A DNA stretch of 64,000 nt from NCBI GenBank assembly GCA_047602405.1, contig JASGHJ010000002.1, forward strand, positions 320,001 to 384,000, read 5' to 3'. The position numbers were made by a program, and so were the translations under genes. Below the pieces are notes generated by a model, which worked only from the letters and a program-made list of their open reading frames with translations, did not search any database and was not told where the DNA came from. This document shows, piece after piece, positions 22,079 through 32,733 of this stretch. Position 1 is the stretch's first letter. Each line of letters starts with the position of its first letter. This DNA comes from Anaeromyxobacteraceae bacterium (GTDB taxonomy: Bacteria; Myxococcota; Myxococcia; Myxococcales; Anaeromyxobacteraceae).

Positions 22079-23732
22079 TTACCGCTTGTTCTTCTTCCGG
22101 TTCTTCTTCTTGTTCTGGCGCTCCTGCTTGCGCTTCTTGCGGCGCGCCTCCTGATCGGCGCGGGACTCGAGCGCGATCGGCTCGGGCGAGTAGCCCATCA
22201 TCCGCGCGCGGGCCATGGCGCCCGCGGCCATGGGCGGGGTGTAGCCCTTCGGCAGCCCCATCGCCTTCGCGGCCTCGGGCGGGATCATCCCGCCGCGCAT
22301 CGCCTGCTGGACCGCGTCGGCGTCGGCGCCGAGCACGTCCTCCATGCCCTTGCCCTGCAGCTGGCGCAGCTGCATGAGCTGCTTCACGCCGGGCAGGCGC
22401 GCGAGGAGGCCGGGCGCGGAGCCGACCTGCTTCATGACCCCGCGCATCTGGTTGTAGTGCTTGAGGAGCTCCTTGACCTCCTTCTCGCTGCGGCCGGAGC
22501 CCTTCGCGATGCGCTTCTGGCGGCGCTCGTCGACGAGGTCGGGGCGCGCGCGCTCCGTCTTCGTCATCGAGTCGACCATCGCGACGATGCGGTCGAGCGC
22601 CTTGTCGTCGAACTGGAAGCCCTCGGGAAGCTCCCCGAACAGCGGGAACTTCTCCATGATGTCGCCGAGCGAGCCCATCTTCCGCACGAGGCGGAATCTG
22701 GTTCACGAAGTCGTCGAGCGTGAAGTCGCCGGAGAGGATCTTCGCGGCGTCGCGCTCCGCGGTCTCCTCGTCGACGTGCTGCTCGAAGTCCTTCACGAGC
22801 CCGACGACGTCGCCGAAGCCCAGGATGCGGGAGGCGAGGCCCTCGGGCCGGAACTCCTCGAGGCGGTCGAGCGACTCGCCCATGCCGAGGAACTTGATGG
22901 GCTTGCCGGTGACCTCCTTGATCGAGAGCGCCGCGCCGCCGCGGGCGTCGCCGTCGAGCTTCGTGAGCACGAAGCCGTCGAGCACGAGGCGCCGGTCGAA
23001 CTCGGCCGCGGTCTTCACGGCGTCCTGGCCGATCATGGCGTCGGCGACGAGGAGGATGTTCTCCGGCGCGACCTCGCCCTTGATCTGCTCGAGCTCCTGC
23101 ATGAGCTCGTCGTCGATCGCGAGGCGGCCGGCGGTGTCGTAGATGACGACCGCGGCCTTCTCGCGGGCGGCGGCGTCGAGCGCGTGGCGGCACATGGCCG
23201 GCGGCGCGACGCCCGGCTCGTGGAACACGGTGACGCCGAGCTTCTCGCCGAGGACCTTGAGCTGGTCGACGGCGGCGGGGCGGTAGACGTCGGCGGCGAC
23301 GAGCAGCGGCCGCTTGCCCTCGTCGAGCAGCTTTTTCGCGATCTTGCCGGCGGTGGTCGTCTTGCCGGAGCCCTGGAGGCCGACCATCATGATGCCGGTC
23401 GGGCGGGCGCGGTCCTTGCCGAACCGCAGCGACGTGTCGACCGGGCCCATCAGGCCCTCGAGCTCGTCGTGGCAGATCTTGATGAAGTGGTCCTGCGGCC
23501 CGACCTTGAGCGTGCCCTTCGCGGTCTTGACCTTCGTCTCGACCACCTCGCCGATGGCCTTCTCGCGCACGCGCGCGACGAAGCGCTTCACGACGTCGAA
23601 CGAGACGTCGGCCTCGAGGAGGGAGACGCGGATGTCCCGGAGCGCGTCGTCGACCACCTCGGCGGTGATCTCGGTGCGCCCCGAGAGCTTGTTCCTGGCG
23701 GCCTTGAAGCCCTTGGCGACGGTCTCGAGCAC
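22079..23732 (-). CDS. ffh: Signal recognition particle protein Ffh (frameshift ~22695)
   Basis: Motifs GLQGSGKTTT, DVYRPAA, DTAGRL, TKLDGDARGGAALS and the M-domain SMT-x2-ER. The frame is restored by removing one base in ggaatc. Confidence 0.95.
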
Positions 23733-23769
23733 GGGCGGGCCTTATAACACGGGCCCAGGGAGGTTTCCC

Positions 23770-24285
23770 CTGCCGTTTGGCTACTATGCACGCCTGTCCA
23801 AGAGGGACCAGGCGACCTACCGGAGGAGCGACGCGGCCGGCCCGTGGAGCGTCCCGGAGGGCGCCCGGGACGCGCTCGCGCCCTGGGTGGAGGCGCTCCG
23901 GGCGGGCCTCGCGGCGGACGACCCGCGCACGGTGCGGGACGCCTCGGTCGCGCTCTGCGCGGGGCTCTCGGCCGCCCTCGGCGCGCCCCCGCCGCGGGTG
24001 GACATCCTCGCGGTGCGCCCGAGCGAGGAGTGGGGCGAGCTCCACGGGCTCTACACGACGGGTGACGAGCCGGCCCGGATCCGCGTGTGGATGCGCACCG
24101 CGAAGAAGGGGCGGGTGGTGGCGTTCCGGACCTTCCTCCGGACGCTGCTCCACGAGCTCGGCCACCACCTGGACTTCGAGGTGCTGCGGCTCGACCAGAG
24201 CTTCCACACCGAGGGGTTCTTCCGCCGCGAGTCGGGGCTCGTGCGCGCGCTGCTCGGCGAGCCGGAGCGGCGGGACGACGGGTAG
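23770..24285 (+). CDS. Small HExxH zincin-like hypothetical protein (start uncertain)
   Basis: PFGYYARLSKRDQ…LHGLY…RTLLHELGHHLD…SFHTEGFF. Confidence 0.65.
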   Translation: MPFGYYARLSKRDQATYRRSDAAGPWSVPEGARDALAPWVEALRAGLAADDPRTVRDASVALCAGLSAALGAPPPRVDILAVRPSEEWGELHGLYTTGDEPARIRVWMRTAKKGRVVAFRTFLRTLLHELGHHLDFEVLRLDQSFHTEGFFRRESGLVRALLGEPERRDDG

Positions 24286-24299
24286 GCGGGCGGCTGCGG

Positions 24300-24707
24300 C
24301 TACGCCGCGAGGCGCGGCGGGACCAGCTCGCCGATCGCGGTGAAGAGGTCGCCGAGGCCGAACGGCTTCGGCAGGTAGCGGTCCGGCGCGCACGCGCCCG
24401 GCGCCTGGGCCGAGATCACGACCACCGGGATGTCGGCGAGCGCGGCGTCCTCGAGCTGCGCCTCGCGGAACTCCCACCCGTTCATCACCGGCATCATGAG
24501 GTCGAGCAGGATGACGTCCGGGAGCGGGTCGCGCGCGAGCCGCGCCAGCGCCTCCTCGCCGTGCCCCGCGAGCTCCACCGCGTAGCCCTCGAAGCGGAGC
24601 GCCTCGGAGAGCGACTCGCGGATGTCGGGATCGTCCTCGACGAGGAGCACGCGCGCGCGCGGCGCGTCGGAGATCGTGTGGCCGGAGGTGGTGGTCTCGC
24701 CGAGCAT
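24300..24707 (-). CDS. Single-domain response regulator
   Basis: Motifs VLLVEDD, ILLDLMMPVMNG, YLPKPF. Confidence 0.9.
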   Translation of the reverse strand: MLGETTTSGHTISDAPRARVLLVEDDPDIRESLSEALRFEGYAVELAGHGEEALARLARDPLPDVILLDLMMPVMNGWEFREAQLEDAALADIPVVVISAQAPGACAPDRYLPKPFGLGDLFTAIGELVPPRLAA

Positions 24708-24845
24708 CGACGGCTCATAGTGCAAGGAAAGCGCCGTCGGGCGGAATGCCACGGCCGAGGGGCCCCGTTGCCGGGCTCAGGGCAGACCCGAGCGTACCGT
24801 GGGTAGAGCGGAGCGCCCGACCGGCCCGGGTCCGAGCCGGAAAGG

Positions 24846-24931
24846 TAGGGCCGCCCGGGATCGAACCGGGGCGCCGCTCGCGCGGCAGGGGATTTTAAGT
24901 CCCCCGCGTCTACCAGCTCCGCCACGGCCCC
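24846..24931 (-). tRNA. tRNA-Leu (anticodon UAA)
   Basis: GGGGCCG/CGGCCCT acceptor stem, D-loop AGCTGGTAGA, anticodon arm GGGGA-CTTAAAA-TCCCC, long variable arm, GGTTCGATCC T-loop. Confidence 0.95.
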
Positions 24932-25133
24932 GCCGCATGATACCCCGACCTCGCCTCCGGACCTTTCCGGCGCGCCCCCCGCGGGATGATCGACGTCTTC
25001 ACGTCGGGTGGAGTGTGCGCCGGGAGGCCCGTCTCGCGCAGCGCTTTCGCGACCCAGCCGGGTCGGGAGTCGGGCCCGCGTGACCCCGGGTGCGCCCTGG
25101 CCGGCCCCGTTCCGGGGCCGCCGGAGCCGAGGC

Positions 25134-28060
25134 TCACAGCGGCGCGTGCGGCTCCGGCGCCTGGCCGACGGCGCGCGCGAGCGAGGTGGGCTCGACGGGC
25201 TTCGTGAGGTGCAGGTCGAAGCCCGCGGCTCGGGCCCGCTCCTGGTCCTCGAGCTGTCCGTAGCCCGACACCGCGACGATCTGGAGCGCGTCGCCCCGCG
25301 CGCTGGCCCTCAGGCGCCGCGCGACCTCGTAGCCGTCCATCTCGGGCAGGCCGATGTCGAGCAGCACCACGTCCGGCGCGAACCGGTCCGCGAGCGCGAG
25401 CGCCGCCGGGCCGTCGGGCGCCCAGCGCGCCTCGTGGCCGAGGAGCTTCAGCACCTCCACGAGCGTCTCGGCGGCGTCCGCGTTGTCCTCGACGACGAGC
25501 ACGCGACGGGTCCCGGTGGGCAGCGGGAGGTGGCGCGGGGGAGGTGTCGGCGCCCGCGCCGCGAGCGGCAGCCTCACCTCGAACGTGCTGCCGAGGCCGG
25601 TCCCCGCGGAGTGGGCGGAGACCTCGCCGCCGTGCAGCTCCACGAGGCGCTTCACGAGCGTGAGCCCGAGGCCGAGGCCGCCCGAGGTGCGGGCGAGCCC
25701 CTTCTCGCCCTGCACGAAGAAGCTCGAACACGCGGGGGAGGAGCTCGGGCGGGATCCCGCTGCCGCGGTCGGAGACGCGCAGGACCGCGCGGCCGCCCTC
25801 GCCGGCGAGGTCGACCGCGATGCTGCCGCCGGGCGGCGAGTACTTCACCGCGTTGTTGAGCAGGTTCGCTACGATCTGCTCGAGGCGGGTGGGGTCGCCG
25901 TCCAGCTCGAGGCCGGGCGCGAGCTGCACGGAGAGCCGGTGGCCGAGCGAGTCGGCGAGGTCGCGCTGTGACTCGACCGCGCTCGCGACGACGTCGTCGA
26001 GGCGGACGCGCTCCTTGCGGAGCTCCACGAGGCCGCGGGTGATGCGCGAGACGTCGAGGAGGTCGTCGAGGATGCGCGACGCGTTCCCGGCCTGTCGCTC
26101 GAGGATGCCGACCGCGCGGCTCGAGTCGCGGCCGACGGCGGCGCGCCCGCGGATGACGTGGGCGGCGCTGCGGATCGCGGCGAGCGGGTTGCGCAGCTCG
26201 TGGGCGAGCATCGCGAGGAACTGGTCCTTCTGCCGGTTCGCGACGTCGAGGGCGACGGTGGCGGTGCGCAGCGCCCCCTCGGTCTCCTTCTGCGTGGTCA
26301 CGTCCCACGCCGCCTCCACCGCGCCGGAGATCGCGCCGCCGCCGTCGTGGAGCGGGGCGGCCGAGAGGCTCAGGGTCCGGATCCGGCCGCCCGGCACCGG
26401 GACCCGGACCTCCTCGCGCTCCACCCGCTCGCCCGCGAGCGCGCGCGCGAGCGGCAGCTCCGCGGCGAGGACGGGGCGGCCGTCGGGGTGGGTGGCGCCG
26501 ACCGGCACCGCGGCGAGCGCGCTGCGCCCGAGGAGCTGCTCGCCGGGGCCGGCCTGCGCGATCGCGGTGGCGTTCACGATGATGACCCGGCCGCTCGCGT
26601 CGGCCACCGAGACGCCGGCGGGGAGGGCGTCGAGGATCGCCGAGAGGTGCGCCCGCTCCCGCGCGAGCGCCTCGTCGAGCTGGACGCGCTCGAGCGCCTG
26701 CGCGCACTTGCGGACGTGCGAGAGCATCTCGTCTCGCACGTCGGCCGGGAAGCTCTGCTCCTCGCGGAAGGTGAGCCCGACCACGCCCAGGCAGCGGTCC
26801 TCGACGAGGAGCGGCAGGCACGCCCACGCGGCGGCGTGCAGGAGCTGCGAGCGGTCCCAGCCCGGGTACGCGGCGGCGCGCTCCGCCTCGGTCCCGAGCC
26901 ACTGCGCCTCGCGCAGGGCCGCCGCGGCGGTGATGGGGAACGGCGCCGTGATCGGGAGGCGCTCGTACGGTCGGACCTGCGCGTCGGGGTAGCCGCGCCA
27001 CCCGACCGCGCGGAGGTGCCGGCCGTCCTGGGGATCGAGGAGCGTGACGACGCCGGCCGCGGCGCCGAACGCGCCCAGGCCGTCGTCGAGGATCGCCGTG
27101 ACCACGTCCGACGGGGTCCGCGTGGCCGCGAGCGCCGCGGTCAGGCGCTGGCTCTCTCTGCAGCCGCACGCGGGCGACGCGCTCGGCCCGGCTCGCGCGC
27201 GCCCGCTGGATCGCGAGCGCGCACTGCGCGGCGATGGCGCGGCCGAACGAGAGGTCCGGGCCGGAGCGTGCGTGGGCGACGCGGTCGGCGACGACGAACA
27301 CCCCCACCGGCGCCGGCTCCGCCGCGAGCGGCAACACGAGGGCGGCCTCGAGGCCGAGCCGCTCGAGCCAGCTCCGCACGGCCGGCGCGGCCTGCTCCAC
27401 GGTCAGGGTCTCGGGCTGCCCACGGTCCACCGCACGAGCGAGGATCGGCGCCTCCCGGAGCGGGATGGCGTGGCCGAGCCGCCCGGCCTCGGCGCTCTCG
27501 AACACGCAGCGCAGGTGTTCGTCCTCCCGCAGCCAGATCGTCCCGTCGACGCCGCCGAGGAGCTCGACGGCCCGGGTGAGGGAGTTCCGCGCGACGGCGC
27601 CGAGGTCGGGGTCGGCCGCGAGCTCGGAGACCATGCGGGCGAACAGGTCGGCGCGGGCCTCGGCCCGCACGGCCCCGGTGGTCTCGAAGGCGACCCCGAG
27701 CGCGCCCTCCACGCGCCCCTCGGCGTCGAGGACGGGGTCGAGCGCGACCGTGAAGTGCCGGCGGTCCCCCCCGGGGCCGATCGCCAGATCCACGTCCCGG
27801 AGCTCCACCCGCTGCCCCTCGAGCAGCCGGGCGAGCTCGCGCTCGTACCGCGCGGTCCCCCAGCCCGGGACCTCCCGGACGGGCATGCCCACCGGGTCCG
27901 CGCCCGGGCAGAGGGCACGGGCGGCTGCGTTGGCGTGCTCCACGACGAGCGCGGGCCCACGCAGATAGACCACCGCCATCGAGGGATGCTCGTACAGCAG
28001 GCGGGCCGGGCCGGCCGGGGGGAGGGCTCCGGCCCGGGCGGGTCCATCGGCAGCGGGCAC
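25134..28060 (-). CDS. Hybrid sensor histidine kinase PAS-GAF-GAF-PAS-HisKA-HATPase-REC (frameshifts ~27150 and ~25720; start approximate)
   Basis: H-box FLAMLAHELRNPL, N-box NLLNNAVKYS, G2 GLGLGL and receiver VLVVEDN…DIGLP…KP, spread over three ORF pieces. Confidence 0.8.
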
Positions 28061-28122
28061 CGGCCGAGGGTGTACATCCCATCGAGGTCTCGCAAGCTGC
28101 AGCGGCCGGGTGCCCCCTCCGG

Positions 28123-29145
28123 TCAGCGGCCGTAGCGCTCCTCGAAGAGCCGCCGCAGGCCGGGGTTCCGGCGCAGCACACCGAGCGTGAGGTCGGCGTG
28201 ACCGGGCACGTAGCCGTTCCCGATGACGAGGGCCGCGTCCTTGCCGACGCCCTCGGCGCCGAGGGCCGCGGCCGTGAAGCTCGTCGCCATCGAGAAGAAG
28301 AGCACGGTGCCGCCGTCCTTCGCGGCGAGCATTGAGGCCATCTCGGTGCCCGGCACCGACGCGCAGTTCACGACGAGATTGAAGGTGCCGCCGGTGGCCT
28401 GCACGCGGGCGAGCGCCCCCACGCCGTCGGTCGCGTCGAGCGCGAGCGTGCGATCGCAGACGCCCGCGCCCTGCACGGCCGCGAGCGCCGCCGGGGAGAG
28501 GTCGCACGCGACGACCTCGCCGTCGCCCGCGAGGAGCTCCTTCGCGTGGGCGCAGACGAGCGCGCCCGACTTGCCGGCGCCGAGCACGAGGACGCGCATG
28601 CCGGGCCGGACGTAACGCGCGGCGAGGGCGGGGGCGCCGCACACGTCGAGCGCGGCGAGGGCGAGCGTCTCCGGGAGGTCCGAGGGCAGCGCGGCCCAGA
28701 GGCCCGAGGCGAAGAGGATGGCCTCGCCCTCGCACTCGATCCGGTCGATGGCCGGGCGCACCGCGCGGATGGCGTCGAGGCGGAGCGGGGTCAGCGTGAG
28801 GGACACGAGCGTCGCGACGCGGTCGCCCGGGCGGACCTTCCCGGCGGCAGGGTGGGCGGGCCCGACGGCCTTCACGCGGCCGATGAGCATGCCGCCGGAG
28901 CCGGTGACCGGGTTGTGGAGCTTCCCGCGGGTGCGGACGATCCGGAGGACCTCGTCCGCGATCTTCCCGGGGTCCCCGCCGGCGACCCCGGAGAGCTGCT
29001 TGAAGCTCGCGGCGTCGACGTTGAGGGCGTCGACCGAGATGGAGAGCTCGTCGTCGCCGAGCGGGAGCGCAGGGTCCAGGACGTCCGCGCGCTGGGGGAG
29101 CACGCCCTTCGGGGAGACCACGCGGCGCAGGCCGTAGGGATCGAT
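28123..29145 (-). CDS. kdd: L-erythro-3,5-diaminohexanoate dehydrogenase (expected ATG reads ATC at 29145)
   Basis: Motifs DPYGLRRV…GVLPQ, LNVDAASF, RGKLHNPVTGSGGML, ATLVSLTLTPL, FFSMATSFTAAALGAEG. Confidence 0.8.
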   Translation of the reverse strand: MDPYGLRRVVSPKGVLPQRADVLDPALPLGDDELSISVDALNVDAASFKQLSGVAGGDPGKIADEVLRIVRTRGKLHNPVTGSGGMLIGRVKAVGPAHPAAGKVRPGDRVATLVSLTLTPLRLDAIRAVRPAIDRIECEGEAILFASGLWAALPSDLPETLALAALDVCGAPALAARYVRPGMRVLVLGAGKSGALVCAHAKELLAGDGEVVACDLSPAALAAVQGAGVCDRTLALDATDGVGALARVQATGGTFNLVVNCASVPGTEMASMLAAKDGGTVLFFSMATSFTAAALGAEGVGKDAALVIGNGYVPGHADLTLGVLRRNPGLRRLFEERYGR

Positions 29146-29160
29146 GGGGGCGCGTTATAT

Positions 29161-29227
29161 CCGACTCCGGGTCCGAATCCGATCCCGACTCGGATTCGGA
29201 CTCGGACTCGGATTCGGACTCGGACTG
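29161..29227. repeat. Hexamer tandem repeat with inverted halves (CCGAHT / TCGGAY)
   Basis: gtccgaatccga (29171-29182) pairs with tcggattcggac (29190-29201), followed by further tcggaY units. Confidence 0.8.
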
Positions 29228-29294
29228 CCTGCGACCGCCTCCTCGCGATGCTCTACCGGCTCACCTCGCCGCGGGCGGGGTGAGGCGCTCCGGC

Positions 29295-32200
29295 CTACGC
29301 GTCCCCGTCCGCCAGCACGAGCTTCTCGAGGAGCGCCACGTCGCCGGGGAGCGGCTCGGCGGGGTCGCGCAGCCGGCGCTCGATGCGGGCGCAGATGGCG
29401 GCGTCGAGGCGGAGGCCGGCGGCGAAGAAGGCGTTCCGCGAGGCGGAGAGCGCGCCGATGGCGTCGGCGGTCCGGCCCTCGGCGGCGAGCACGCGGGCGC
29501 GGGCGAGGCGGGACACGGCGACCAGCACCCGGCCACCGCGGAGGCGGGCGACCTCCTCGAGCTGGGCGGCCTCGGCCTGGGCGTCGGCGAACCGGCCGCG
29601 CGCGAGGCTCACGCGGACGGCGGTCGCGCGGAGCGCGGCGTCGCAGGTGGCGCAGGTGCCGTGGCGGACCGCGGAGGCGGAGGCCTCCCGCAGGGCGTCC
29701 TCGGCGGCGTGGCTCGCGCCCGCGGCGAGGCGGCCGCGCGCGAGCGTGGTGTAGAGCCGCGTCAGCGCGTGGCGCCGGATGGCCCCGCGCTCGGCCGCGA
29801 GGACCCCCTCGTCGACGAGCGCGAGCGCCTCCTCCACGCCGCCCCGGACGATGCGCAGCGTGGCGAGCCGCTCGAGGGCGAGCGCCTCGCCCAGCGACGA
29901 GCCGGCGCCGCGGTGGCCCCGCAGCGCCTCCTCGAGGTCGGCCTCGGCGAGCTCGAGGTCCCCGGCGGCGAGCGCGGCGACGCCGGTGCCGTGGCGGCCG
30001 ACCGCGACCGCGTCGAGCCGCTCGCGGGCGCGCATCCGCCCGGTGAACGCCGCGGCGGCGCGGGCGAGGTCGGCGGCGGTGCGGTCGCCGAGCAGGTTCC
30101 GCTCCCAGAGGACGAGGTCGAGGTCGAGGCAGGCGCGGGCGTCGTCCTCGACGCCGGACGCGAAGGGATCGAGCACGAGCGAGTCGCCGTGCCCGCCCGC
30201 GGGCGACGGGGCGGAGGCGGCCGCGACGGCGGCGAGGTCGCGCGCGGCGGTCGCGGGGGCGGCGTCCCCCAGGGCGTCGGCGCGGGCGGCGGAGGCCTCC
30301 GCCTCGGCGCAGGCCTCGGCGAGCTTGCCGTCGTGCCAGAGCAGCCGCGCGCGCAGGAGGAGCAGGGCTGGCGACTCGTCGCCCTCGCCGGCGGCCTCGA
30401 GGCCCTCATCGATCTCCGAGGAGGCGGCGCGCATGGCGCCGCCCGAGGCGAGCGCGAGCGCGCCGAGCCGGTGGTCGCGCGCCCGCCGGGCCGGATCCCC
30501 TGCGCGATCGGCCTCGAGCGTCCGGGCCGCGTCGGCGAAGGCGCGCGCGGCGCCGCCGAGCTCGCCGAGGGCGAGCTGGACCGCGGCGGTCGCCTCGAGG
30601 ACCTCGGCGACGAGCGCCGCGTCGCCCCCGCCCGGCCGGGCGAGCAGCCGCAGCGCCTCGGCGAAGAACGCGAGCGCCTCGCGGAGGCCGGCGCGGGCCG
30701 CCGCGCGGTGGCCCGCCGCGACGAGGTGGCGGAGCGCGAGCTCGGGCCGGCCCGCCCGCAGCCGGTGGTGCGCGAGGAGCTCCGAGGGCGGCTCGCCGCC
30801 CCCGGCGGCGCCCGCCTCGAGCGCGTCGGCGACCGCGGCGTGGAGCTCGGCGCGGCGCCCCTGCGGCACCGCCTCGTAGAGCACCTCGTGCACGAGCGCG
30901 TGGTGAAAGTGGTAGCCGGCCCCGTCCTCGTCCACGAGCCGCGCCGCGAGCGCGCGCTCGAGCCCGTCGAGGGCCTCGTGGGCGGTGAGCCCCGAGACCG
31001 CGCGGACCACCTCGAAGTCGAAGCGCTGCCCCGCGACGGCGGCCGCCGCGAGCAGCGTGGCCGCGCCGTGGCCGAGGCGGCCGAGCCGGGCGCGGATCGC
31101 CGCGGCGGCGTCGGCCGGCTGCTCGGCGCCGGGCGCCTCACGGCGGGCCCGGAGCAGCTCCTCTGCGACGAGCGGCGAGCCGTCGGTGACGCGGTAGAGC
31201 TGCTCGACCAGCGGCTCCGGGGCCTGCTCGCCGAGCACGTCGGCGGCGAGCTCGCGGACCGCGGCGAGGCCGAGGCGGGGCACCCGCACGCCGCGCGCGA
31301 GCCGGGCGCCGTCGAGGTGCGCCAGCGCCGCCTGCGCGGGCGTGCCGGCGTGCAGGGCCTCCTCGTTGCAGGTCGCGACCACGACCAGCCGGAGCTCGCG
31401 GGCCCGGCGCGCGAGGACGTGGAGGAGGTCGAGCGAGGACTCGTCCGCCTCGTGGAGATCGTCGAGGAGGAGGTAGAGGGGCTTGCCGCCGCCGAGCTCG
31501 CGGAGCGCGTCCGCCACCGCCTCCACCACGCGGCGCCGGGTCGCCTCGGGCGACGCGCGCCCGGGCGCCTGGAGCGCCGCGAACGGATCCGGCGCCTCGG
31601 GGCGGGCCCGGCGCTCGGCGAGGAAGGCGTCGGCGAAGACCGCGTAGGGCTCGCCCTCGGCCCCGGCGCCCGCCACGCCGCACAGGACCGTGGCGCCGCG
31701 CGACAGCGCGAGGCGGGCGCCCTCGACCGCGAGGCGGGTCTTGCCGACGCCGCGCTCGCCCAGGAGCACGAGCGTGCCGTGCCCGGTCTCGAGGAGCGAC
31801 TCGAGCAGGAGCACGAGGCCCCCGCGGCCGCGCACCGGCCCGGGCTCGGGGGTGCCGAGCAGCCGCCGGGCCGCGCGGCGGGCCCCGTCGAGCGCGGGGC
31901 GCGCGGGCGCGCGGCCGATCTCGCCGCGCTGGATCGCCGCCCTGAGCTCGCGGAGCGCGTCGCCGGGGCCGCCGAGCCCGGCAGCGCGGAGGGCGGCGTC
32001 GCAGGCGTCGAACTGGCGCAGCGCCTCGGCGCGACGCCCGGCCTCGGCGAGCAGGCGGACGAGGTGGAGGTGCCCCTCCTCGATGGACGGGTCGGCCGCG
32101 AGCAGGCGGCGCAGGAGCGGGAGCGCCACCGGATCGCCGCGCTCGGCGGCGGCCCGGGCGAGCGGCAGGGCCGCCTCGGCGAAGCGCCCGCGCAGCTGCG

Positions 32201-32657
32201 CCCTGCGGCGGGCGAGCCAGTCCGCGTCGGCGTCGTCCGGGCAGAGGTCGCCGCGGTAGAGGGCGACCGCCGTCCCGAGCGCGTCGGGCGAGCCGTCCGC
32301 GGCGGCGGCCTCGAACGCGTCGACGTCGAGCCAGGCCTCCGGGACGAGCGCGACCTTCCCGCGCTCGATGTCGACGTGGCGGCCGCCGAGGATCTGGCGG
32401 AGGTCGTAGAGCGCGCGGTGCAGGTTGTTCGCGCCGGAGCCGGGATCCTTGTCGGGCCAGAGCGCGTCGACGACCGCCTCGCGGCCCAGGCTGCGCCCGG
32501 GGGCGAGCGCGACGAGCTTCAGGAGATCGGCCGGGCGGCGGCGGCGCCAGGCCGAGGCCGGCACGGGCGCGCCGGCCCGGACCACCTCGAACCGGCCGAG
32601 GAGGTGGATCCGCAGCCCGTCGCGCTCGCCGGGCAGCCTGCTGCCTTCGCCCTCCAT
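29295..32657 (-). CDS. BTAD/SARP-type transcriptional activator with AAA (STAND) ATPase and TPR-like C-terminus
   Basis: N-terminal LLGRFEV…ALWP…NLHRALYDLRQ and LYRGDL; Walker A GERGVGKT; Walker B LLLDDLH. Confidence 0.85.
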   Translation of the reverse strand: MEGEGSRLPGERDGLRIHLLGRFEVVRAGAPVPASAWRRRRPADLLKLVALAPGRSLGREAVVDALWPDKDPGSGANNLHRALYDLRQILGGRHVDIERGKVALVPEAWLDVDAFEAAAADGSPDALGTAVALYRGDLCPDDADADWLARRRAQLRGRFAEAALPLARAAAERGDPVALPLLRRLLAADPSIEEGHLHLVRLLAEAGRRAEALRQFDACDAALRAAGLGGPGDALRELRAAIQRGEIGRAPARPALDGARRAARRLLGTPEPGPVRGRGGLVLLLESLLETGHGTLVLLGERGVGKTRLAVEGARLALSRGATVLCGVAGAGAEGEPYAVFADAFLAERRARPEAPDPFAALQAPGRASPEATRRRVVEAVADALRELGGGKPLYLLLDDLHEADESSLDLLHVLARRARELRLVVVATCNEEALHAGTPAQAALAHLDGARLARGVRVPRLGLAAVRELAADVLGEQAPEPLVEQLYRVTDGSPLVAEELLRARREAPGAEQPADAAAAIRARLGRLGHGAATLLAAAAVAGQRFDFEVVRAVSGLTAHEALDGLERALAARLVDEDGAGYHFHHALVHEVLYEAVPQGRRAELHAAVADALEAGAAGGGEPPSELLAHHRLRAGRPELALRHLVAAGHRAAARAGLREALAFFAEALRLLARPGGGDAALVAEVLEATAAVQLALGELGGAARAFADAARTLEADRAGDPARRARDHRLGALALASGGAMRAASSEIDEGLEAAGEGDESPALLLLRARLLWHDGKLAEACAEAEASAARADALGDAAPATAARDLAAVAAASAPSPAGGHGDSLVLDPFASGVEDDARACLDLDLVLWERNLLGDRTAADLARAAAAFTGRMRARERLDAVAVGRHGTGVAALAAGDLELAEADLEEALRGHRGAGSSLGEALALERLATLRIVRGGVEEALALVDEGVLAAERGAIRRHALTRLYTTLARGRLAAGASHAAEDALREASASAVRHGTCATCDAALRATAVRVSLARGRFADAQAEAAQLEEVARLRGGRVLVAVSRLARARVLAAEGRTADAIGALSASRNAFFAAGLRLDAAICARIERRLRDPAEPLPGDVALLEKLVLADGDA

Positions 32658-32733
32658 CCTCGTCGATTCCCCCGTCTCGTACCCCTACCAGAACTCCGGA
32701 TCCCGACCTTGATCCCGGGCTACATTCCCGGGC

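Noticed and set aside
21069..23732. Apparent Ffh-MEMO1 fusion (887 aa), or ffh as a pseudogene
   Set aside because: Produced by single-base insertions at GATC sites. ffh is essential, and both genes reconstruct cleanly as separate ORFs.
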